From the NCBI RefSeq assembly GCF_024521635.1, contig NW_026250414.1, positions 558,001-622,000 of the forward strand: a stretch of 64,000 nucleotides of DNA. The letters run 5' to 3'. Source of the stretch: Tricharina praecox. Its lineage: Eukaryota. Within the stretch, counting starts at the first letter, position 1. Each line of letters begins with the position of its first letter. Shown here in pieces: positions 25,575-39,152 of this stretch. Under the pieces are notes generated by a model that was not told the DNA's origin, did no database searches, and saw only the letters and a list, made by a program, of their open reading frames with translations. The position numbers were made by a program, and so were the translations under genes.

Positions 25575-28500
25575 GTTCTGTTTTCTTCTGGCTTCTGTTT
25601 TCTGGTTTTCTTCTTTTTTCTTTGAGCTTGAGGGATGACGACGGATGACGGCGAAAAAAGGCGTAGCGGATTCTTGACTTGACTGACTTTTCTATTTCTT
25701 GTTCTTTAAAGCGGGGCGGGAGCGGGCGAATGGCGTAGTAATGACCTGGTAGTGGTATGACTTTTCCATATACTCATTTGCTTTGTGGTGTTGGCGAGTT
25801 GGCGGTTCTCGTTCTTGCCTTGCCTCATGCTTCTTATGCTGCTTATACTCTTATATGGTATCGTATGATACTTGTGTGTCGCCGTGGGGGGAAGGGGGGA
25901 AGATGTATGGATACTACTATTGTACCTAACTACCTACTCCAGAGGGCGTGGGATTTCGTGATTGTGATGCATGGGTGGATCATCGGTTGGGTAGTTATGG
26001 CGTTTAGGTCCGTTTGTTATTGACTGACTGAAAGACTGGAGGGTGATAATTATGGCCATGGTGATGGTGATGGCGATGGTGAGGGGGGCGTGATGGACTT
26101 TTATATACCCAAGTACCTATGATAATGTGATCTGATATTCTTCATACCTCTTGTGTGTATGGTGATTGAGGCAGTGGAATGATGTGAAGTGAAGTGATGG
26201 GAAGTGAAGCCACGCTGCTACCGTATGCTGAAGAATAACATGGTCAAGACTGAGAACACGATGGTCTGGCTACATGAACGACGCCCATAGTTCGGTATGT
26301 ACTTGGTGACCAACCATGAATCCGCACAATCGTACATTCAAAAAGCCATAGATAACCAAACATAAAAGCAAAAACGAAAGGAAACAAAAAACGGAAGCCT
26401 CCGTCCGCAGCAAAAACTCCCCCCTCCCTCCCAATGTTCCCTAAGCTCCCTAAGCGTACCGACAAAAAGCGACATTCACAAAATCCGCGGTGGCCACATG
26501 GCCGCCCATGACAAACTGTCTTTTTTCTTGTGGCTTCGGTTTTTTTGCTAATTTTCTGGTTTTTTGCTCTGTTTTTCTGGTTCTCTGGTTTTCCTGGTTT
26601 TCTCTTTGATATGGATTCTGGAGGGATGACAGACGGCGGAAAAAAAAGGCGTAGCGGATTCTTGAGACTTTCTATTTCTTCTTGTTCTTTGAAGCGGGAG
26701 CGGGAGCGGGGGAATGGCGTAGTAATGACCTGACCTGGTATGCGTTTTCCTTACTTAGATATGATACTTCAGATACTTCATTCGCTTGGGGAGTTGGCGA
26801 GTTGGCGGTGCGTTTCTCGTTGCGTTGCGTTTCCGTATGCTTCTTATACCGTATGTTAGTTGTGTGTGGCCCGTGGGGGAGGGGGGAAGGGAGAGACGAT
26901 GTATGGATACTACTATCGTAACCACTCCGGTGAGCGTGAGATTCTGTGATTGTGACGGGGGGATCGTCGGTGTGGTAGTCGTTTGTTATTGACTGTTATT
27001 GACTGACTGGAGGATAATCATAATGGCCATGGTCATGTCGATGGTGCGGGCCGTGGTGGACTTTTGTATACCTACATACCTATATCCTATGATCATGGGA
27101 TCCGATATTCTCAATACTTAGGACCGATTGTGTGCGTGGTGACTGAGGCAGTGAGATGATGTGAAGTGAAGTGAAGTGAAGTGACTGTGAAACCAATTGA
27201 AGTGAAGTAAAGTGAAGTGAAGCCACAATGACTACCATATGGTGAAGAACCTCATGGTCGAGGGTACATACGTCTCTATGAAGAAGACCAAGAAGTCAGA
27301 ACACGGCGGTTTGCTTCATGAACGACGCCCATAGTTCGGTATGTACTTGGTAACCAACCTTCAATCCCCAGATTCCGCACAACCGCACAACCGCACAACC
27401 GCACAACCGCACAACCGCACAACCGCACAACCGCACAACCGCACAATCTTCCATTCAAAAAATCCATACCAGAAGCCAATTCCTTCCTACTTCACCAAAC
27501 AGAAAAGGCAAGCAAAAAACAAAAAACAAAAAACGGAAGCCTCCGTCCGCAGAAAAAACTCCCCCCCTCCCCCGGTCCCCCGGCCCTCCCAAAACCTTCC
27601 CTAAGCGTACCGATAGAAAGCGACATTCCCAAAATTCGCGGCAGCCACATGGCCGAACATAACAAACTGGCGTTTTTTCTTCTGGCTTCGGTTTTGTTTT
27701 TCTGGTTACCGGATGTTTTTGCTGGTTCACGGTTTTTTTTCTGTTTTTTTTTCTGTTTTTTTTCTGGTTTTCTTTGCTTTCTTTGATTTCTTTGATCTGG
27801 AGGGATGACGGCGGTGACGGACGGCGAAAAAAAAGGCGTAGCGGTTTACTGACTGACTTTTCTATTTCTATTTCTTCTTTTTGTTCTTTGAAGCGGGAGT
27901 GGGAGCGGGCGAATGGCGTAGTAATCACCTGGTATAAGACCTACCGGTATGCGTTTTCCTTACTTAGATATGATACTTCAGATAGTTCATTTGCCTGGGG
28001 AGTTGGTTCGTTGGCGGTTCTCGTTGCGTTGCATTTTTTGTACTTCTTGTGCTTCTTATGCTTCTTATATGATATCGTATGCTACTCGTGTGTGGCCCGT
28101 GGGGGGGAGGGGGGACGATGTATACATACTACTTTTATACCTATGGGAACGGCGCGCGTGAGCGTGATATTTTGTGATTGTGATGCGGGAGGTGGATCAT
28201 CGGTTTGGTGCATAGTTAATTTGGCGTTTGAACTTTGGGGGAGAGACTGGAGAGACTGGAGAGACTGGAGGCTGGAGAGACTTGCTGGCTGGCTGGCTGG
28301 CTGGATTTCATGCTGTTGCTGTTGCTGTTGCGGTTGCTGTTGCATTTGTTTTGTTGACTGTTATTGATTGATTGACTGACTGACTAATTGAATGACTGGC
28401 TGGCTGATTGAATGACTGAATGATTGAATGACTGAATGATTGAATGACTGGGGGATGATAATTATGGCGATGGTGAAGGTGAGGGGGTGCGATGAACTTT

Positions 28501-28914
28501 TATATACCTAAGTACTTATGATAATGGGATCCAATATTCTTCATACCTATTGTGTTGCGTGGTGACCGGGGCAGGCTACCGTATGGTGAAGAACATGGTC
28601 GAGGGTACATACTTCTTTGTGGAGAAGACCGAAAAGACCGAGAAGTTATAACACGACGTTTGCTACCTACATGAACGACGCCTACCGATATCATAGCCAA
28701 GCACCTAGATAACCAACCTTAAATCCGCACAATCGTACATCCAAAAAGCCATAGATAACCAAACATAAAAGCAAAAAGAGAAGGAAACAAAAAACGGAAG
28801 CCTCCGCAGCAAAAACTCCTCCCCCCTCCCAATGTTCCCTAAGCTCCCTAAGCGTACCGATAGAAAGCGACATTCCCAAAATCCGCGGTGGCCACATGTC
28901 CGCCCATCACAAAC
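25575..28914. repeat. Diverged three-copy tandem duplication (~0.95-1.25 kb units) of a convergent intergenic region including the last 21 codons of the STB5-like gene
   Basis: Colinear anchors: aaaaaggcgtagcgg (~25655, ~26643, ~27830), atgaacgacgcc (~26273, ~27318, ~28671), ctaagcgtaccga (~26450, ~27601, ~28848). Confidence 0.9.
27375..27446 (+). repeat. Octanucleotide repeat (ccgcacaa)x9
   Basis: Read directly from the sequence. Confidence 0.95.
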
Positions 28915-30996
28915 GCCTGTCCCTGTTGTCCGTGGCCCTGTTGCCCCTGCCCGTGTCCCAGTCCGTGTCCCTGCCCGTGTCCCTGGCCCTGCCCGTGTCC
29001 CTGCCCGTGTTCAAGCCACTCAAACCTCCTCCTCTTCCTCGTTTCCACCTCACACCTTCTCCTCAGCCTATCGATTACAAACCCCGCCTCGCCAGCAAAC
29101 TTATCCCTCAGCGCCTCCGCATCAGGCCACCTAACAATCATCCCGGTAAGCACGTCGGAAATCCCCTCGACGGCATCAATCGCGCGTTCCAGCTCCCCCT
29201 CCGGCAGCGACTCGGGTAGCAGCGTGTCCTCGGCGCGGTACAGCGCGTGCAGCAGGTTCGAGCCGACGAAGTACGTGCGCAGCGCGTCGTGGTACGTGTA
29301 CACGAACCCGCTGGAGGGCGAGTCCGAGAGGATCGCGCGGAAGAAGGCGGAGTACGCGCTGCTGTGCGCGTAGATCTGCGCCATGGATCTGGGCGACGAG
29401 GAGGGGATCCGCGGAGACGGCGCGGCGATGTAGATGTTTAGGTAGTGCCACTCCAGCAACAGCCAGTCGCGCGTGGATTGGGACATGGTGGGCGGGATTT
29501 GGTCCCGCCAGGATTGGAGCGCCGAGGTGTGGTGCGATATGTATTCCGAGGGGTTGGGGAGCGGAGAGGACCCAGAGAGGTGCAGAGCTTGGTACCAGTC
29601 TGATTGGAGCATGCGGAGCTTAAAGAGGTGCGTGGCCGCCGCCATTGGCGTCAGCGTGTTGCGGAGGGGCGCATCCGAGACGCGCGGGAGACTGACGAGG
29701 ACCGAGTCGTCGGAGAAGGTGAAGGGGCGTTGGAGGACCATCGAAATTGAGCGATCGAGGGTGTAGACGCAGTAGAAGACGCGGCGCCGTAGATCCATCT
29801 CCGTGGGCCTGCGCTTCGAGACCTTTAGGGGCTCCTGGTGGAGGCCAATGTCGATCATGATGCGCGAGGCCACGCCGATCAGGTACCAGCCGTTAAAGTG
29901 GCTGGGCTCCAGCATCGCGTATTGGACGAGGAGGAGGGTGGCTTGAACGCCCTTCAGTTCGGAGGGTGTGATGACCGTGTCGGTGTGCTCGAGCGCAGCC
30001 TTGACGAAGCAGGCGGCGTTGTGCGCGGCGGGGGAGTCCTGCGACTTGGAGAGCGACATTGTTCCCACGGCCAGCACCATGTAAACGCAGAACACGTCGA
30101 ACGGCGAGGCCGCGGATTCGTCACGGTAGACGGATTCCACGGCGCCGAAGAAGCTGGACTCGTTGAGACATGGCAGAGTGGTGAAGATCTTATCGAAGTA
30201 GTGCTGTACGAGACGCGTGGCGGTATGGCGGGGAGGGAGACGGGCTCGGGGTTTGGAGTTCAGGATGCTCGAGACGGACGAGGCCCGCAAGGCGATACGG
30301 CCGAAAGAGATGTCGTTGGCGAATCCGTAGAAATCGCGAGTTACCGCATTGATGGCCCTATAGTTCCCCGTCAGCATGATGGCAACCACAACGCGCGCAC
30401 AACGGGCATCCGGACATATATCCCAGATCCGCAACCAAGTCCTCGATCTCATTATCATCCTCCAACTTCCTCCTCCTCGTGGCACGGGGACTACTGAGGG
30501 GATCCGCCGCGGCGGCAGCCGTCAGGACAGGTGTCGAGTTCCCATTCGCCATATCCAGCTCATCGAGCTGAACCGAGCCGCAGCAGGAATCGAGGGCGGA
30601 CAAGCGCTTCTCGAGCTTTTCGAGCTTTGATTCGAGGGAAGCGACATAGCTGTGTCGCTTCACCGTCAGCTCCGGACCTCCGCGAATGAATGCATGATGG
30701 GGGGGGGGGGAGGGGCTACCTGCGCTCCTTCCCGCGCGCAAACTGGTCGCTGCCTCCGGTGCACTCGTGGGCTTTGCCGGCCCGTTCGCACGCTGTGCAC
30801 GCAGGAAGTTTACCGTCGCACTGGGAGGCCGAAGTCGTCAGCGCGTGCGCAGGGGACGGCGACAATGCGCGGGCGGAGGGGCCGAGATGGAGTTGGAGAT
30901 GGAGATGGCGCGTACCTTCACTTTTGCGCTGCGGCAGCGAGAGCACGCGCTCACGGGGCGGCTGACTCGGAGGAGCGGGGCGCTGGTGTCGACCAT
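28848..30996 (-). CDS. Zn2Cys6 transcription factor with fungal TF middle homology domain, STB5-like
   Basis: MVDTSAPLLRVSRPVSACSRCRSAKVK|CDGKLPACTACERAG..C..FARGKERS|YVASLE; later WYLIGVASRIMIDIGLHQE..LRRRVFYCVYTLDRSISMVLQRPF; HGQG repeat near the C-terminus. Confidence 0.88.
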
Positions 30997-33900
30997 CGGA
31001 GGGGGCGAAATGGGATATCGTATCGTATCGATGGACAAACGTGGGTGGGGGGCGAATTCGTCTCGTCTCGTGTCCGGACTCCGTCGTCAGTTGAATACGA
31101 ATACTAGTACCGGTAGGCGACTGCGGCAGGTACCGTGTGCGAGAGGTTCCGGTATTGTGCACATGAGCTGGGGCTTTCGTTCGATCGGAGAACCGCGTCG
31201 TTGTGCCGTCTGCGATGGAGGTTCGTTGGAGGACGATGAGGGGGGAGGTGGAACCGTAACTGGCTGCGTATGTAATCTGCCTAGGTACCTGGTGCTCAAT
31301 CTCGCCGTGCATCCCCACAATTGCTTGCATGCTCATTAGGTACGCTGCTAGTTGGCCCGGCTGGTTAATGAAATGCACATCCTAGAGCAGATGGATAGAT
31401 GGAGTACCTACAGAGTTAGACCATGTCCTACATTCCCAACACACAGCATACCCACCAGATAAGTTGCCGAGATATCATCCGCCCCGCCGCTCCTTCGTTC
31501 CTTCCTTCGTTCCTTCCCCTTCGAACCGCAGGAGGATCGCGATGGGGTCGGGAGGACAATGAACCGGGAAGGAGGAATTAATAAGCGAGGCTGGAACGGA
31601 GTGACAGCTGGGAAGCCAACAAGTGCAGTTAACGTGAGCGGGTGGGTGGGTCTGCAAACGCCGATATCTGGTATGTACTCAAGTAAGTAGCATACTTGGA
31701 TACTTGAATAGATATAGGACGGTCGGAATACCGGTATGCCTTGAAGAAAGCCGGACAATCTCGGTCAAGCGACATGTGTATATGCACGCATGCACGACGG
31801 CTCACTCGCCGCGGCAAGTCACCGTCACCCTTCAGAGCACTGTGAAACGTTGCTGGCTGGCTGCATGCAAATCCTCTGCCGGCCGACGGCCGCATCTCAT
31901 GCCTTCATCGATCCCCTGCCTTGTCCGGACAGTGATGCGAGATATCTGGAATAAAATAGTAGGTAGTCGGCACTTCTTCTTCTTCCTCTCCGAGCAAGAC
32001 GGTATGCACATACTACATACGGCCTTGAACCTAGCTACTCGTACACAAGTACGTAGGACGGAAGCCGCGCCGCACCGTATGTATGTAGGACGGAGACCTC
32101 TATCCAGTCTCCGCCCCTGTAGGATGTCACCCCGTACTTAGGTACCAGTACACACAGCCGTTATGGGGAAGGGGGAGCCTTCGCGGGATCCCAATTCGCG
32201 AATCATCCGCTGTGGGGAGCAATCTGTTCTGTCTATCTAGAGTATTTACATAACTAATAGAGTGCCTATGGTATAGTTGGTGGCATAGTAGTTGGTGGTA
32301 TATGACATGACCACGGTATCTGGTATCCGAGGTACCGGTTCGGATCCGTCGAGACAATACCCGTTGAGGGTAGTTTAATTATCCAGTAGTAAAGCATCGA
32401 GGGTAATTGGTTAACGGTTAACCAAGTAGTCAACCGAATAAGCAAATGTAGTATGTAGACATGTACCTAGCAGCGCCGACGCCGACGCCGACAGCCACCG
32501 CATCTCTCGCGAGTCGCAGCCGGGGCCAGTGAGCTACATATCCCGTCCAGTGACTACAAATGTCGCGCATCAGAAACGCGGAAGTGTCTCCGCATTAGGC
32601 ATTTCGCCCTTACCCCGCAAATGCCTCCATGTAACGGGGGTGGTCTCTGGAGGGAGCGCCGGTTCCAAATCCAAACACAACAGCCGCGGCAGGGTCAAGG
32701 CTCAAGGCTCGAGCGGTTCAGCTCGTTGAACGGACACCAGTGTATGTATGTAGCTACTGCAGGCCGTTCCGCTTCCGAAGCCTCAAAGCCGTTTTTTTTG
32801 CCGGCGGCCGCGGCGTAAGTCTAAGGTGCTCATGTAAGTGCACAACGGATGCAACGGCATGTCTACCGTGCGTTTGCATCAGAGTTATGTAAGTACATAG
32901 AAGTACCTACCTGGACGCACCGACTCCCGAGGGACGAATTTCCCACGGTGGTGATCACTTCTTCTCCTGGGGAACTGGAGACCCGACGGGCACAGTACAG
33001 TACATGAGTCGGTATGCATAAGTACCCAACACATCCACCGTGCAGCCTGCTTGCCGCGGACTACTGGTTTGTCCCCACTGCCCATGACTGCGTTTCATGG
33101 ATAGTATCGCCAGAGCCCTACTAGTAGAGTGGAGCGGAGCACCCATATCATACTCTACAGCAGTAGGAACAGGAGTGGAGTAGGTAGAGTAGTAGGTAAG
33201 TTGAAGACCTTCGCTCAGCCGGGACATCAGTTGCATGCTGGCCTCATCGTTCCCGCATCTCCATCCTACGTCCGTCGGGGGCTGACCTCGATCCCATTTC
33301 CAGCCGTACTGCACACTGCACACTCCTGCAGACCGTGGCAAACGATATCTAGCGTGCCATGTCAACGTCCTGTACCTACAAAGCACTCTACATCCATACG
33401 AAAGGTTGTGTAACCCCGCTGGAAGGCCTACTCTGCTACACTCCAGTAGTAGTTAGTAGCAGGCACTCGTGCGTCCCCCGAAATGCGCCTAGGCGACTTC
33501 GACGGATGCCGAGCGAAACCAGTCATCATGAGCAGCTCCCGAATGCGGAAAAACAAGACCTCGTTCGTATTGGCACTGCTAGTACACACTTGGGCATGTG
33601 CATCGTGATTGTACGAGCGAAGCCGGCGGACGCTAGTTATCGTGCTATGGTGATGATGATGGAGCACGGCAAGCAGTTGACTTGACTTGGCCGGGAAGTC
33701 GTGCCAGAAGACCCACCGGCCAGTACTTGGCCGAGTATGTTTGTATGCAAGCTGTCGAGTGGTGCTGAGAGAAGGCGAGCTGGGAACTCGGAGCGGCGGA
33801 GACTGCCGGCGCTTGTTCTCGCCACGCTCTGTCTCACCGTATCGAACTTTGGGCTCTCTCTCCCCCCGTCCACATCCACATCCACTCACCTCTGTCCGCA

Positions 33901-35199
33901 TCTCGTGTATCATCGCCGTTCTTCAGCTTGCACTCATCCGCTCATCTCCCACGCCGGCTACTCACATCGCGCCGGCCACCGCATACGGTACGTGCTGGAC
34001 GGCGTCCACTGACACCCACCCACTCACAGTCCACTGCCCTCTCTCCGTCCTTCCCATCGTACCTGCACTTTCGCTCCATCCCAGCGCTATCCGACGGACG
34101 CCGTTGGTGACAGCTATCCAAGTTCCACCCTCGATTCCTGCACGTCGAGGTGAACGGCCTTAAAGGCTTAGCATCTGCCCGCTGACCACGCCGCTTTACA
34201 TCAGGCTTTGGCTGTTTCCGCTCACCGACCACTCACGGCCATCGTCGGGAGTCTCTCTGTACACACGACTCCTCCAGTTACCTCAGGCACTCCCGCACCC
34301 CTCCTTTCCTCCCGCTCCGCCCACAGCATCAGCACAAGAATTGCGGTGTTTCCCGCCCCCCCTCCTCCTCCGCTGCGGACATCGAACCCTTTGCCTGCGC
34401 AACCTGACAATCCGAATTGAACTCTCGGCGCAGCTTGTGCTACCCACCGTCCATCTACCCACAACAACACGCACACACACACCACTCACTCACCCACTCA
34501 CACCACTCGTAACTCGCAACTCGCACACTCATCGCATTCACACCCACACACACACACACACCCACAAAAGGCCCAGTCTTACGGAAACGTGCAAAGAAAT
34601 CAACAGACACAAGGGGGGGAGGGGGAAGGGCCCGAGAAACCTGGGTTGCTGGAGATCGGGAAAACTGCCTGGCCGTCGACGGCATATCGAACGTGACGAT
34701 TGGCTTTTGGTTGTTATTGTTATTCGGCCGCACTTGACACCGAGGACGTCGAGACTCTCTTGCACATCAAACGCGATATCTCCTTTTTCTCTCACGCATC
34801 TAGATTCGACATACAATACCTACCACCATACCAGCTAGCGGCTTCTGTCCTTTCCCCCCCACCCACCCCCCAGTCGACTTGACTCGATCGACCGACCTGT
34901 AATGAGGCAAGCTGCTGCATCGCCCTTACCTCGTCGTCTGCCTTTATATTCCACGTTTTCGTAGTTCGATATATTCTCAAGCAACTCGACCACCTGATCC
35001 TCCCCCGTTCGTTCGTCCGTCCGTCCGTCTGTGCGAACCGCTCCACTGCTAGCCCGCCTAGGGACGACACGTAGGGCTACGGAATTGGAACCTTACATAC
35101 AGCAGCCGGCTCTTGCGCGCGTGCACAGAATAACGACCCGATCTCTTCTTTTTTCTTCTTTTCTTTCCCTTGGTACATCACGATATCCATGAATTCTCA

Positions 35200-38100
35200 A
35201 TGGGGATCACGAAAAACACCGCAGCTCAACACCCTGGAGGAGAAGGAGGAGAAAATGGTGGTGGCGGTGGTGGTGGTGGATATGGAGGAGGTGGAGGTGG
35301 AAGAGAGGGAGGTGGAGGAGGAGGGCTCCAGAATGGTCGGAATCAGAGGAGTCCAAGCGAGCCCGGTGATGGCGATAGCGGGACATCGGGAGCTCCACGG
35401 TTATACCACACATTGACCGCTTGTACACGGTGCAGGAGTGTAAGGAGAGCCCCCTTCGCAGTTCGCGTAATTATTGGCTTGCAGCAGCAGCATCGGGATG
35501 GATCGATCACTGACGCTAGAGATGCGCGTGGTGTAGAGGAAAACGCGTTGCGATGCGGGGTTGCCGAAATGTGGCCCGTGCGAGCGCAGCGGTACTCACT
35601 GCGAGTTTTTCGATTCGACGAAGCAGAAGACGATCCCGCGCACCTACGTCGTCCACTTGCAGAATAAAGTGCGCGCCCTCGAAGAGGAAATTGCGAGGCG
35701 CGAGGCCGCCCTGGCGGAATCGGATGTCCCGAATAATGAGGAACTCGTCCGCGGAATTGGCGCTGTCAAGTTTGATGGCTACGATCACTACAAGGAGCCG
35801 CGGTATGTCGGCTCGTCCAGTGGCGTTACCGTAACTAGGTTGGTCTTGGAGTCCGCGAAGAAGGACCTGGAGCCTGGCGAGTTCAGGGACATGACCTATC
35901 ACCATCGGAAGAATGCTATGCACTACGCATCGCCGGAACCGAACCCTGGGCCTTCGAGGTCCACTACCACCACCACGCCGGATGCGAAACTGCCGCCGCG
36001 GCAACTGGGCGAGACTTTAGTGTCGTTCTTCTGCAAGAAAGGTTTGACGAGCTGGCTTTAATCGAGTGTGTTGATGCGTTTTGCTAACATGGGCATTTCA
36101 AGCTCTTTATATGCTGCCGGTTCTGCACGAACCAACGTTCATGAAGGAGGTTGCCGACGTATACGAAGGATCTCAGGACCCGTTCAAGAACTTCAAATTG
36201 AAGATGGTCCTTGCGATCAGTCTGCAGAAGTACCATAGCAAATATGCGGTGGCTGCCGATGGCTATTTCTTGTCCGGGCTGCAACATTTAGAGCAGATAT
36301 TGGAGCCGATGGATCATTCGACTCTGCAGTGCCTGCTGGTCATGGTGCAGTACGCCCTTGTCAAGCCGACGCGGATAGCTGTGAGTATTACTCGTCTCGG
36401 AAGAAAACAAGGTTGTCATCACGGCTGATAAGCGCGGGAGTAGGCATATCATATCGTCGGTCTCTGTGTCCGGTTATGCATTCAGCTGGGCTACCACCAG
36501 GAGAGGACCATAATGCTGAGCGAACAGCCACTAGATCCGATCACGAAGGATATGCGGAGGAGACTTTTCTGGACTCTGGCATCCATGGAGTAGGTGCTCC
36601 CTTTCTTCCGTCTTCCGGGGGTCTATCACTCACCAACGACCTGGCAGGTACGGTTTGTCCCATGTGCTCGGTCGACCTTCGGCATTCGCGACATCGGATG
36701 CCTACGTCGACGTCAAGTTCTACGAGCCAGTGGACGACGCGTTCATAACTACGGGCGGTATCTTACCGGCACCCCCTTCCGCGAAGAAGTTGATTTCTAT
36801 GCACTTCTTTAGGATGAGAAGGCTTCAGGCGGAGATCCGCCGAACGCTGTACCAGAATCCGACCGAGACGCCAAAAACGGATCAAGACCCGTGGTTTCTG
36901 CAGATGTACGACAAGTGTGTCAAGTGGAAGGCATCGTGTCCACATGATGATGAGGGAAGCGGGCTGAGTGAGACTTGGTGAGTCTGGAGTGACCTACTGT
37001 TACTGTTGATGTTGTGCTGATGTGCTTTTAGGTTTCATCACAGGTAAAAAATTGCCGTGGTATCGTTGCCGAATACTTGCTAATCCTTCCGGGGGGCAGA
37101 TACTACAATATTCTGATCTTCATGTATCGACCCAGTCCCCAGATCCCGCAGCCATCACTCGAGGCAACCATGATGTGCTACGATTGCGCTGTCGAGAACG
37201 TGCATCTGGAGAAAACCATGTTTGAGCGTCAGTCGGTGGATCTCACCTGGGTATTTCTTCATCAAGTCTACATGGTCACCTTGACGATCATCTGGACCCT
37301 GTACAACCCCGAAATTCGTAGGATGCATCCGAAGCACGAGGTCGAAGGGCACATTCGTTGCCAGATCGAGCTCATCCTAGCGTTGGCCGAACTCTGGCCC
37401 GGTGCCGAGGCCGCCGCCGATCTGTTTGCGAGACTGGCAGGAGCCGCCCTCAGGAACTATGAGACGGACCTCCGAAGGTCACCTACATCGACCCACGACT
37501 CGGTTTCGACGACCACGCCTCCGAGTCGAAGGTGTAGGGATCAATACTCGCCGCAGAGCAGCCACGAACGGGCCAGTCCCTATTCGTGCTCGGATAACGG
37601 CCGCTCATCGACCGATACTCCGTCGCCGCATCCGGTACCGGTAATAGCTGCTTTCGGCGCTGTATACGACAGCAACGTCCTCGATGCACCACGAAGCAGC
37701 GCGTTCCGGCTTTCGGCATCACCATCTAGGGCACCCACGTCTCCGCCGCCCAGAGCGTCCATGTCGCCCCCCGCAATTCCCGCGCCGGTACCATCACGAA
37801 TGCCCCTGCCACCCACCACCACCGCCCCCGCCCCGCCATCATACCGCGATTTCCAGGGCATGATCTTCGACCCCAACTACCTGACCACATTCGCACCCTC
37901 AAATCCCCAGCAGAACCAGGGCATCCCCGACTGGCTCCAGGCTTGGGATCCGCACGTACCCGTACCCAGCAATGGGGGGACCACCGCACCGCCACCCGTG
38001 GGCTTCGGGCCTCCAATAACTGCATCGCCGCCACCGCCGCCACCACTGTCACAACCACAGCAGGACCTCAACTATATGGGACAAACACCGACACAGGTCC

Positions 38101-38231
38101 TGAACCAGCAGGCGCAGCATGATGAGCTGATGCGCATCCTGGAGAATGAGGCCCTGCAGTTCGACTTTGAGGATAGCAGCGCGCAGCAGCAGCAACAGCG
38201 CCCGTGGGGTTTTGGTGATGGGTTCTTTTAG
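35200..38231 (+). CDS. Zn2Cys6 transcription factor, PPR1/UaY-like, multi-exon
   Basis: LTACTRCRS|RKTRCDAGLPKCGPCERSGTHCEFFD..IPRTYVVHLQNKVRALE, RYVGSSSG, LCIQLGYHQE..DMRRRLFW..LGRPSAF; Gly-rich N-terminus, Pro/Gln-rich C-terminus ending in an acidic-aromatic tail. Confidence 0.88.
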
Positions 38232-39089
38232 GTGGGATGTTGGGGATGGTTGGTGTGGCGTTCTGGATGGATGGATGTATGTTCTGGGTGGATCGAAGGA
38301 CGGGCGGAGGTTTTCTTTGCTGTTTTGTAATAGTGCTCCGTAGTCTCTTTGCGTAGGATGGGATGGGATGGGATCGGGGCGTTGCGTAGGATGGGATGGC
38401 GACGGAAAAGTGTAAATCCATAGCCGTGTCGGTACCGTGTGTTCTGCTGTATCTCGATCTCATCACTGGTTTGACGGCTTGTCGTGGTTCCGGCGTATCT
38501 GCGTAGCCGAATCGTTCGTTCTAGCTCTGGCCTGTATACTATTACTTCTGGTGTCGGGGTTCTCTGGCTTCTTATATATCCCATATCCCCCCCCACTGAT
38601 CCCGAAACACCGGTACCGGTACCGCCGGGCATACGTAACCCCTCCACCCTAGTGTGTATACTACGGAATGGCCGAGAAATGCAATGCACGCACGCCCCAC
38701 TCCCCACTCCCCGCACCGCACGCCCCGCGCCGCACGCTCCATGCCGTACGCAGCACGCAGCACACAGCATGCGCGGTTCGGTTCGGGGTCGCCGAGATCC
38801 GAGGGGTGATGGGTTGTAACTTATAACTTGTAACTTCCCTGTCTTACACGTATGTACATATGTGGCACGCACGCGGCGATAGGTATCGTGCGACCATCTA
38901 TATCTAGTATTTACCGTGGATGTATAGTGAAGGAGGGGGCTCACCGGATCCGTCTAGGCGGTAACTTGTAACCAAGTACCGGTTTGTATCCAAACTCCGG
39001 AGTGGATTCATGTATAGAGTACTTTTATGTACAATGCACATAGGAACATGTAAATGGGATGCAGAATGTGAAATGCGGAATGTCTGGGT

Positions 39090-39152
39090 TCGGGATGGCC
39101 GACGGGATGTCCGGGATGGCCGACGGGATGGCCGACGGGATGGCCGATGGGA
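39090..39152 (+). repeat. Imperfect 12 bp tandem repeat (gggatggccgac)
   Basis: About five units, read directly. Confidence 0.8.
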
